NCBI GenBank assembly: GCA_002104905.1
Contig: MCFE01000034.1
Span: 124,001-188,000 of the forward strand
DNA: 64,000 nt
Direction of reading: 5' to 3'
Source: Basidiobolus meristosporus CBS 931.73
Taxonomy: Eukaryota; Fungi; Basidiobolomycota
Of this stretch, positions 12,426 through 21,352 are shown piece after piece. How positions within the stretch are numbered: position 1 is the first letter of the stretch; every line of letters begins with the position of its first letter. The notes under the pieces were generated by a model. The model was not told the origin of the DNA, made no database searches, and saw only the letters and a list, made by a program, of their open reading frames with translations. The position numbers and the translations under genes were made by a program.

Positions 12426-12596
12426 TTTGATGCAATTGCTTTGTTCTAAGGGAGTGAATGCGGTAGAATGATATGAGATGAGTATAGTTGATATGGGTGA
12501 AGGGGGAGCGGGCTTTTATATCGTTAAATTGGCTAAGATCGATTGTCAGGGCCATTTCCCAGCTGAAATTGTTGTAAGGTGCACAGTAATGGTGGC

Positions 12597-12605
12597 ATGC
12601 AGGTG
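12597..12605 (+). promoter_or_regulatory. Conserved ATGCAGGTG element upstream of copy 2
   Basis: 172 nt upstream of the ATG. Confidence 0.5.
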
Positions 12606-13523
12606 GATCATTGATTTGCAGTAGCACGCTCTTATCCAGGGATTTAAGTCTAAGCTTGTATTCTTCTTTATGCAAGGGTATAATACTCATGATCTACCCG
12701 GAGGGAATTCTATTATTTCCATAATTCAATTATATCTACCTGCTAAATGGATCGTAGCTTTACCTACTTTTCAGTATTGCTGTGATCACAATGTGGACGA
12801 ACGTCAGGAGGACATGACAACGATATGCAAATTACTTGACTTTAAAGGATTCATATGTAAAGATTGCTTAATCCAGGTGTATTTGGGCTAACTTTAGGAG
12901 ATGCTTGGAATTTGCTGTATTGCGATAAATTGATAAAGATATTTGGATGTATTTTTCCACCCCCACAGTTGCATCTTTCTTATCGTAACTACTGATGCCC
13001 ATGAAGTGTACCCACATTGCTACATCACATCCTGATCCACAGCTAGTTACGTATAAACTGTAAATGCTACAATTCTCTTCCTATTCTTTGACGGAGAGTT
13101 ATTTTTCAAAAATACCGAAAATAGCCGCGACTGGAATGTCCATCAACGTTGTCAACTTGTGTTGGGAATCTTATGGTCAGTTCAGTGATCGTTTTCTTCA
13201 TATCTCTCATCATTACCTCCATTTTACGCTATGGAGTAGAATGCTAAGCATCTGGCTAACTATACACACATCAATAAATTAGGTTCAATGTCATTATAAA
13301 TACTACGAGTACGACGGAGGCCATTTTATTGACTTGTATTTTGGGTGCAATCTTAATTTCGGTAGAGTGGAAAAGGGATGCGTCTGAGTTGGAAGTGCTT
13401 TGCCCACGGAGTTTTGAAAGGTGCTAACGCGGGAAAAAAAGAATAGTACGGGTTTGGGATAGACGGGCTGGAATAACACTAGCCAACCGAGGTATACTCA
13501 ACAGACAAGGCCAATTTACCATT

Positions 13524-14345
13524 TCAAACCTTCCTTACAGCAATGCTCCTTAGAGCCTCCCTGAATTGAACTGATCTTTTGTAGCTCTTGTGGCCAGCTC
13601 CATTACCACCGTAGTCTTGTGTGTCGTAGCCATTGCCGCTGCCACTTCCACTGCCACCATTTCCACCGTAGCTGTTATCGTGATCAGCTCCATAATCCTT
13701 GGAATCATAACTGTCACCACCGTTGCCATCATTGCCACCATTGCCACCATTGCCATTATCATATTCGCCCCCATGATCACCACCTTTTCCGCCATATCTC
13801 TTGTCATGATCACCTCCATAGACCTTGGTGTCGTAGCTGGTACCACTACCACCACCATTCCCTTCATAGCTCTCGTCATAGTCTCTTTCATGACCACCAC
13901 CATTTCCACCATAGCTTTCGTCATGATCACCCCCATAGTCTTTGGTATCGTAGCTGTTGCCACTACCACCACCACCACCATTTCCGCCATAGCTATCACT
14001 GTGATCACTTTCATACTCAGTTGTATCATAACTGTTACCGCCTCCACTTCCCCCACCCCCATTACCACCGTAACTTTCCTCATGGTCACCTTCATAGTCT
14101 CCGCTGTTGTAGCTGTCGCCTGATCCTCCACCGCTACCTCCATGATTGCCACTATCATAAGATCCTTCATCATTGTCATTACTATGCCCATTACCTTCGT
14201 AGTCTTTGCTACCACCATATCCTCCGCCACCAGAGTAATCTTTCACATCATAACTTCCAGCGCCACCATTGCCAGAATAGTCACCAGAGGGTAATGCCGA
14301 GACAGAGGCGATGTAGAGAAGGGCTACGATGAGGGCTACTTTCAT
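13524..14345 (-). CDS. Secreted Gly/Asp/Tyr-rich repeat protein, copy 3 (273 aa)
   Basis: MKVALIVALLYIASVSA-LP. Ends GHKSYKR-SVQFREALRSIAVRKV. TATAAATA at 14430-14437, AATAAA at 13325-13330. Confidence 0.9.
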   Translation of the reverse strand: MKVALIVALLYIASVSALPSGDYSGNGGAGSYDVKDYSGGGGYGGSKDYEGNGHSNDNDEGSYDSGNHGGSGGGSGDSYNSGDYEGDHEESYGGNGGGGSGGGNSYDTTEYESDHSDSYGGNGGGGGSGNSYDTKDYGGDHDESYGGNGGGHERDYDESYEGNGGGSGTSYDTKVYGGDHDKRYGGKGGDHGGEYDNGNGGNGGNDGNGGDSYDSKDYGADHDNSYGGNGGSGSGSGNGYDTQDYGGNGAGHKSYKRSVQFREALRSIAVRKV

Positions 14346-14514
14346 TTTGTGGTTGTTGCTTTTGTCCTTGAGTTGCGCCTCGAATAGAACGATGCCAGAG
14401 GAATGTGTTTGATGAGAATAGAGATTGCATATTTATACCACCACCACACCATGAATAATCAATGTGGTCAATTCCTTGCTCAATAGCACATGTAGGGTGT
14501 ATACTGACGGGGAT

Positions 14515-14523
14515 ATGCAGGTG
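14515..14523 (+). promoter_or_regulatory. Conserved ATGCAGGTG element upstream of copy 3
   Basis: 170 nt upstream of the ATG. Confidence 0.5.
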
Positions 14524-15102
14524 GATCATTGCATTACAATCACTTTTGGTTCGCTACTTGTGTAGGGAAAGATCGTGATGATAACTATACTTGAGTAAGG
14601 AGATCCGTACATTCGGGTATATCCAGCCCTTGTGAAATCGTCTTGTATAGCACCAAGGGATTGGTATAACAGATTGCTACATCATTTGGAGTAGTGTGTG
14701 ATTAGTAAGAATGTTTCGCTATGAATCAAGTGAATCAACTGGTATTCTCTTGCTCCTCATACATCAGAGATGCCATACGGATAATTAGTCATCGAAAATA
14801 GCATTACAATGCGCATCATGAAGGAGTCGTATGGGTATATTTATATTTACTAGATCATGCTCAGATCGTTGGTGATGATGGTTAAGCGTATGATGAGGGT
14901 GACTTTATTGGGATATACTTTGGGCACGATGGATTGGCTGGTGAAATGTATTAAGAATGCGTCTAAGCTGCAAATGCTTTTCTAACATCAGTTCGTAGGG
15001 TGACAGCCTGTGAAGTAATGAACAGTATGGCTATGAGTCAAATACACAACACGAAGACAGCATGAGCCGGAGCGTAGTCACGGGGTGGGGCCAGCAGTCA
15101 TT

Positions 15103-15993
15103 TCAGGCCTTCCTTATAGCAATGCTCCTTAGAGCCTCCCTGAATTGAACTGATCTTTTGTAGCTCTTGTGGCCAGCTCCATTACCACCGTAGTCTTGTG
15201 TGTCGTAGCCATTGCCGCTGCCACTTCCACTGCCACCATTTCCACCGTAGCTGTTATCGTGATCAGCTCCATAATCCTTGGAATCATAACTGTCACCACC
15301 GTTGCCATCATTGCCACCATTACCATTATCATATTCTCCCCCATGATCACCACCCTTTGCGCCATAGCTCTTGTCATGATCACCGCCATAGTCCTTGGAG
15401 TCATATCTGTCGCCACCACCATTACCACCATGGCTGGCATCGTAATCACCCTCATGGCCACCTCCATTTCCGCCGTAGCTCTCCTCATAGTCGCCACCTT
15501 GGCCTCCTCCATCTCCACCATAGCTTTCGTCATGATCACCCCCATAGTCTTTGGTATCGTAGCTGTTGCCACTACCACCACCACCACCACCACCACCACC
15601 ACCATTTCCGCCATAGCTATTACTGAGATCACCTTTGTATTCAGTTGTATCGTAACTGTCACCGCCACTACTGCCACCACCACCACCACCACCACTTGCC
15701 CCACCTCCACTACCACCGTAACTTTCCTCATGGTCACCTTCATAGTCTCCGCTGTTGTAGCTGTCGCCTGATCCTCCACCGCTACCTCCATGATTGCCAC
15801 TATCATAAGATCCTTCGTCATTGTCATTACCATGCCCATTCCCTTCGTAGTCTTTGCTACCACCATATCCTCCGCCACCAGAGTAATCTTTCACATCATA
15901 ACTCCCAGTGCCACCATTGCCAGAATAGTCACCAGAGGGTAATGCTGAGACAGAGGCGATGTAGAGAAGGGCTGCGATGAGGGCTACTTTCAT
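15103..15993 (-). CDS. Secreted Gly/Asp/Tyr-rich repeat protein, copy 4 (296 aa; poly-Gly tracts from (GGT)n)
   Basis: MKVALIAALLYIASVSA-LP. (ACC)n run on + at about 15571-15603. Ends GHKSYKR-SVQFREALRSIAIRKA. TATA at 16080-16087, AATAAA at 14904-14909. Confidence 0.9.
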   Translation of the reverse strand: MKVALIAALLYIASVSALPSGDYSGNGGTGSYDVKDYSGGGGYGGSKDYEGNGHGNDNDEGSYDSGNHGGSGGGSGDSYNSGDYEGDHEESYGGSGGGASGGGGGGGSSGGDSYDTTEYKGDLSNSYGGNGGGGGGGGGGSGNSYDTKDYGGDHDESYGGDGGGQGGDYEESYGGNGGGHEGDYDASHGGNGGGDRYDSKDYGGDHDKSYGAKGGDHGGEYDNGNGGNDGNGGDSYDSKDYGADHDNSYGGNGGSGSGSGNGYDTQDYGGNGAGHKSYKRSVQFREALRSIAIRKA

Positions 15994-16960
15994 TTTGTGG
16001 TTGTTGCTTTTGTCCTTGAGTTGTGCCTCGAATAGAACAATACGGGAGGAATATGCTTGAATGGGGTAGAATGCCGCGCTATTTATACGTCCTCAAACGG
16101 GTCAAGACCACTTGATACATCTACATTTTGCCTAACGTAGGTATAGGGCTCATGTTGATGTTGTGATGCAGGTGTACCATAGGATTGCATCTGCTTAAAC
16201 CCCATCATTTTCATCCGGTTAATCGTCCTTCGGATGGCCGGATTCTGCACTAGATTCCTGTTGCTAGGTCGCATTGTGCCCGATCTATGTTGCTGTAGTC
16301 GATCGTGGTAAGGTACAGGCTTCTGTATTGGATCAAGCCTCGGAGGTGAAAAAGGCTCTACCAAGATCAGACTACTTTCCCACATTCTTGGTGATTATGT
16401 AGGGCCGATATGCGATGCTATGGTGTCGATTTGGGAGACCTACAGGCTTAGAGCCACCACACTGCAGTACAGAAACACACTGAAATGATTTGGGGTGCGA
16501 TGAGAGTAGCTTTATTGGGATGCATTTTGGGTGCAATTGATCGCCTGGTAAAATGGAATAGCAATGAATCTAAGCTGAGAATGCTCTTCTAACATCAATT
16601 CGTAGGGTGATAGCATGTGAAGTAGTGAATAGTATGCTATGAGTCAAATACGCAACACGAAGACAGCATGAGCCGGAGCGTAGTCGCGGGGTGGAGCCAG
16701 CAGTCATTTCAGGCCTTCCTTATAGCAATGCTCCTTAGAGCCTCCCTGAATTGAACTGATCTTTTGTAGCTCTTGTGGCCAGCTCCATTACCACCATAGT
16801 CTTGTGTGTCGTAGCCGCTACCGCTGCCACTTCCACTGCCACCATTTCCACCGTAGCTTTCATCGTGGTCAGCTCCATAAACCTTGGAATCATAACTGTC
16901 ACCACCGTTGCCATCATTGCCACCATTGCCATTATCATATTCGCCTCCATGATCACCACC
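15715..16960. repeat. About 1.25-kb near-identical duplication of about 17210-18455 (period 1495 nt)
   Basis: Starts 15993 and 17488, and stops 16709 and 18204, are each 1495 nt apart. The intergenic blocks differ at only about two positions that I could spot. Confidence 0.88.
16166..16174 (+). promoter_or_regulatory. Conserved ATGCAGGTG element upstream of copy 4
   Basis: 173 nt upstream of the ATG. Confidence 0.5.
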
Positions 16961-17488
16961 ATTTCCGCCATAGTCCTTGGAGTCATATCTGTCGCCACCA
17001 CCATTGCCACCATGACTGCCATTGTAATCACCCTCATGGCCACTACCATTTCCTTCATAGCTCTCCTCGTAGTCTTCTTCACGTCCTCCACTTCCGTCAT
17101 AGCTCTTCTTGTGGTCGCCACCATTTCCGCCATAGCTATCACCGTGACCACTTTCATACTCAGTTGTATCATAACTATCACTGCCACCAGTTCCTCCACC
17201 CCCATTACCACCGTAACTTTCCTCATGGTCACCTTCATAGTCTCCGCTGTTGTAGCTGTCGCCTGATCCTCCACCGCTACCTCCATGATTGCCACTATCA
17301 TAAGATCCTTCGTCATTGTCATTACCATGCCCATTCCCTTCGTAGTCTTTGCTACCACCATGTCCTCCGCCACCAGAGTAATCTTTCACATCATAACTTC
17401 CAGCGCCACCATTGCCAGAATAGTCACCAGAGGGTAATGCTGAGACAGAGGCGATGTAGAGAAGGGCTGCGATGAGGGCTACTTTCAT
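16709..17488 (-). CDS. Secreted Gly/Asp/Tyr-rich repeat protein, copy 5 (259 aa)
   Basis: Same architecture. Ends GHKSYKR-SVQFREALRSIAIRKA. AATAAA at 16511-16516. Confidence 0.9.
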   Translation of the reverse strand: MKVALIAALLYIASVSALPSGDYSGNGGAGSYDVKDYSGGGGHGGSKDYEGNGHGNDNDEGSYDSGNHGGSGGGSGDSYNSGDYEGDHEESYGGNGGGGTGGSDSYDTTEYESGHGDSYGGNGGDHKKSYDGSGGREEDYEESYEGNGSGHEGDYNGSHGGNGGGDRYDSKDYGGNGGDHGGEYDNGNGGNDGNGGDSYDSKVYGADHDESYGGNGGSGSGSGSGYDTQDYGGNGAGHKSYKRSVQFREALRSIAIRKA

Positions 17489-17660
17489 TTTGTGGTTGTT
17501 GCTTTTGTCCTTGAGTTGTGCCTCGAATAGAACAATACGGGAGGAATATGCTTGAATGGGGTAGAATGCCGCGCTATTTATACGTCCTCAAACGGGTCAA
17601 GACCACTTGATACATCTACATTTTGCCTAACGTAGGTATAGGGCTCATGTTGATGTTGTG

Positions 17661-17669
17661 ATGCAGGTG
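17661..17669 (+). promoter_or_regulatory. Conserved ATGCAGGTG element upstream of copy 5
   Basis: 173 nt upstream of the ATG. Confidence 0.5.
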
Positions 17670-18203
17670 TACCATAGGATTGCATCTGCTTAAACCCCAT
17701 CATTTTCATCCGGCTAATCGTCCTTCGGATGGTCGGATTCTGCACTAGATTCCTGTTGCTAGGTCGCATTGTGCCCGATCTATGTTGCTGTAGTCGATCG
17801 TGGTAAGGTACAGGCTTCTGTATTGGATCAAGCCTCGGAGGTGAAAAAGGCTCTACCAAGATCAGACTACTTTCCCACATTCTTGGTGATTATGTAGGGC
17901 CGATATGCGATGCTATGGTGTCGATTTGGGAGACCTACAGGCTTAGAGCCACCACACTGCAGTACAGAAACACACTGAAATGATTTGGGGTGCGATGAGA
18001 GTAGCTTTATTGGGATGCATTTTGGGTGCAATTGATCGCCTGGTAAAATGGAATAGCAATGAATCTAAGCTGAGAATGCTCTTCTAACATCAATTCGTAG
18101 GGTGATAGCATGTGAAGTAGTGAATAGTATGCTATGAGTCAAATACGCAACACGAAGACAGCATGAGCCGGAGCGTAGTCGCGGGGTGGAGCCAGCAGTC
18201 ATT

Positions 18204-18989
18204 TCAGGCCTTCCTTATAGCAATGCTCCTTAGAGCCTCCCTGAATTGAACTGATCTTTTGTAGCTCTTGTGGCCAGCTCCATTACCACCATAGTCTTGT
18301 GTGTCGTAGCCGCTACCGCTGCCACTTCCACTGCCACCATTTCCACCGTAGCTTTCATCGTGGTCAGCTCCATAAACCTTGGAATCATAACTGTCACCAC
18401 CATTGCCACCATTGCCACCATTGCCATTATCATATTCGCCTCCATGATCACCGCCATTACCACCATGACTGTAATCGTAATCACCCTCATGGCCACCTCC
18501 ATTTCCACCATAGCTCTCCTCATAGTCGCCACCTTGGCCTCCTCCGCTTCCACCATAGCTTTCATCATGATCACCCCCATAGTCTTTGGTATCGAAGCTG
18601 TTGCCACTACCACCACCACCACCACTTCCGCCATAGCCATCACTGTGATCACTTTCATACTCAGTTGTATCATAACTGTCACTACCACCAGTTCCTCCAC
18701 CCCCATTACCACCGTAACTTTCCTCATGGTCACCTTTATAGTCTCCGCTGTTGTAGCTGTCGCCTGATCCTCCACCGCTACCTCCATGATTGCCACTATC
18801 ATAAGATCCTTCGTCATTGTCATTACCATGCCCATTACCTTCGTAGTCTTTGCTACCACCATATCCTCCGCCACCAGAGTAATCTTTCACATCATAACTT
18901 CCAGCGCCACCATTGCCAGAATAGTCACCAGAGGGTAATGCCGAGACAGAGGCGATGTAGAGAAGGGCTGCGATGAGGGCTACTTTCAT
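18204..18989 (-). CDS. Secreted Gly/Asp/Tyr-rich repeat protein, copy 6 (261 aa)
   Basis: Same architecture. Ends GHKSYKR-SVQFREALRSIAIRKA. AATAAA at 18006-18011. Confidence 0.9.
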   Translation of the reverse strand: MKVALIAALLYIASVSALPSGDYSGNGGAGSYDVKDYSGGGGYGGSKDYEGNGHGNDNDEGSYDSGNHGGSGGGSGDSYNSGDYKGDHEESYGGNGGGGTGGSDSYDTTEYESDHSDGYGGSGGGGGSGNSFDTKDYGGDHDESYGGSGGGQGGDYEESYGGNGGGHEGDYDYSHGGNGGDHGGEYDNGNGGNGGNGGDSYDSKVYGADHDESYGGNGGSGSGSGSGYDTQDYGGNGAGHKSYKRSVQFREALRSIAIRKA

Positions 18990-19158
18990 TTTGTGGTTGT
19001 TGCTTTTGTCCTTGAGTTGCGCCTCGAATAGAACGATGCCTGAGGAATGTGTTTGATGAGAATAGAGATTGCATATTTATACCACCACCACACCATGAAT
19101 AATCAATGTGGTCAATTCCTTGCTCAATAGCACATGTAGGGTGTATACTGACGGGGAT

Positions 19159-19207
19159 ACGCAGGTGGACTATTGCATTACGATAACATATACTCCACCA
19201 CCTGCAT
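19159..19207. promoter_or_regulatory. ACGCAGGTG element (19159-19167) plus an inverted perfect copy CACCTGCAT (19199-19207) upstream of copy 6
   Basis: First element is 170 nt upstream of the ATG; second is the exact reverse complement of ATGCAGGTG. Confidence 0.45.
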
Positions 19208-19726
19208 GTGGGATTTAGGCGGGCAACTAGAATCGGGGCAGATATATTTAAATCAAGTATAAATGAGCAATAATTATAGGTTGGCATGATGAGATTTCCT
19301 TTACAGATCACTACATTTTCGGGAGGAGTGGATCAGAATAATAAGCAAACGATTTATATGTTTTTGGTGCTTCTCGCTCACTATTCCTTTATGGCTGCAC
19401 GTTGATAACAAGTCCTTGCCATAGAACTGCATTATAGGTAGTAAAGAAGGTATCTGGGTATATCCACATACACAAGATTATGCTCAGATCGTCAGTACTA
19501 ATAGCTTAGTGTACGATGAAGGTGACTTTATTGGGATGTATTTTAGGCGCGACGCATTGTCTGGTAAAATGGATTAGGAATACGATCAAGCTCCAAGTGC
19601 TCTTCTAGTATTACTTTGATGGATGGTAATATGGGTAATAGATAATAGAATGGAGTTGTGCCAATCGAGCTAGATCCACACTCCACGCACTCAGACTCAC
19701 TGAAGAGACATGGTCAATAGGCTATT

Positions 19727-20602
19727 TCAGACCTTTCTTGTAGCAATGCTCCTTAGAGCCTCCCTGAATTGAACTGATCTTTTGTAGCTCTTGTGGCCAG
19801 CTCCATTACCACCATAGTCTTGTGTGTCGTAGCCGCTGCCGCTGCCACTTCCACTGCTACCATTTCCACCGTAGCTTTCATCGTGGTCAGCTCCATAAAC
19901 CTTGGAATCATAACTGTCACCACCATTGCCACCATTGCCACCATTGCCATTATCATATTCGCCTCCATGATCACCACCATTTCCACCATAGCCCTTGTCA
20001 TGATCATCTCCATAGTCCTTGGAGTCATAGCTGTCGCCACCACCATTGCCACCATGACTGCCATTGTAATCACCCTCATGGCCACCACCATTTCCGCCAT
20101 AGCCATCATCATGTTCACCTCCATAGTCCATGGTGTCGTAGCCGCTACCACTACCACCACCATTTCCTTCATAGCTCTCCTCGTAGTCTTCTTCACGTCC
20201 TCCACTTCCGTCATAGCTCTTCTTGTGGTCGCCACCATTTCCGCCATAGCTATCACCGTGATCACTTTCATACTCGGTTGTATCATAACTATCACTGCCA
20301 CCAGTTCCTCCACCCCCATTACCACCGTAACTTTCCTCATGGTCACCTTCATAGTCTCCGCTGTTGTAGCTGTCGCCTGATCCTCCACCGTTACCTCCAT
20401 GGTTACCAGTATCATAAGACCCTTCATCATTGTCATTACCATGTCCATTCCCTTCGTAGTCTTTGCTACCACCATGTCCTCCGCCACCAGAGTAATCTTT
20501 CACATCATAACTTCCAGCGCCACCATTGCCAGAATAGTCACCAGAGGGTAATGCTGAGACAGAGGCGATGTAGAGAAGGGCTGCGATGAGGGCTACTTTC
20601 AT
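19727..20602 (-). CDS. Secreted Gly/Asp/Tyr-rich repeat protein, copy 7 (291 aa)
   Basis: Same architecture. Shares the DHKKSYDGSGGREEDYEESYEGNG block with copy 5. Ends GHKSYKR-SVQFREALRSIATRKV. AATAAA at 19527-19532. Confidence 0.9.
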   Translation of the reverse strand: MKVALIAALLYIASVSALPSGDYSGNGGAGSYDVKDYSGGGGHGGSKDYEGNGHGNDNDEGSYDTGNHGGNGGGSGDSYNSGDYEGDHEESYGGNGGGGTGGSDSYDTTEYESDHGDSYGGNGGDHKKSYDGSGGREEDYEESYEGNGGGSGSGYDTMDYGGEHDDGYGGNGGGHEGDYNGSHGGNGGGDSYDSKDYGDDHDKGYGGNGGDHGGEYDNGNGGNGGNGGDSYDSKVYGADHDESYGGNGSSGSGSGSGYDTQDYGGNGAGHKSYKRSVQFREALRSIATRKV

Positions 20603-20774
20603 TTTGTGGTTGTTGCTTTTGTCCTTGAGTTGTGCCTCGAATAGAACAATACGGGAGGAATATGCTTGAATGGGGTAGAATGCCGCGCTATTTATACGTC
20701 CTCAAACGGGTCAAGACCACTTGATACATCTACATTTTGCCTAACGTAGGTATAGGGCTCATGTTGATGTTGTG

Positions 20775-20783
20775 ATGCAGGTG
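20775..20783 (+). promoter_or_regulatory. Conserved ATGCAGGTG element upstream of copy 7
   Basis: 173 nt upstream of the ATG. Confidence 0.5.
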
Positions 20784-21352
20784 TACCATAGGATTGCATC
20801 TGCTTAAACCCCATCATTTTCATCCGGCTAATCGTCCTTCGGATGGTCGGATTCTGCACTAGATTCCTGTTGCTAGGTCGCATTGTGCCCGATCTATGTT
20901 GCTGTGGGTGGATCACATTAGTACATTAGCTTACATCTCTTTACCTGCATATAGTGGATGGTTTTATATGTGGGTGAATGATATTTTCATGCTCTGCCCC
21001 ATACGAGCATGCTATCTTGGATATATATTTTGCGCACCTAAATGATGATCCAGAAAAATGCTGGTTGCTATATGGTTTGATCTACAACTTTGATTACCTT
21101 AGGAATTCCTCATATGAGAATATTCCTAAGTTTACACCAGTGATCTGGGACATGAAGTAAAATGAAGATTGCTTTATTGGTTTGCATATTGAGCTCAGGC
21201 TTGGGCCTAAATATACATCGTGTTCTTGAAAGCAGGTTGGTATTGTTATTCTAGTGTTGGGTGATGTAATGAATTGATGGGGCTTTGAATATATCGCGCC
21301 TCAGAGCTCCTCATACTGTGACTAGAGCAAGATGATGGAACTGGAATGTATC

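Noticed and set aside
9175-20589. His/Cys/Arg-rich + strand ORFs and Met/Val/Ala-rich alternative-frame minus ORFs overlapping each array gene
   Set aside because: They are stop-free only because of the repetitive low-complexity codon usage. The frame with the signal peptide, Kex2 site and conserved tail is the coherent one.
16083-20916. Repeated 100-aa ORF MWESSLILVEP..DPFEDV (16083-16385, 17578-17880, partial at 20692-20916)
   Set aside because: It starts at a non-ATG codon, lies over the promoters of copies 4, 5 and 7, and its stop codon is part of the TATA box. It recurs only because the promoter block is duplicated.
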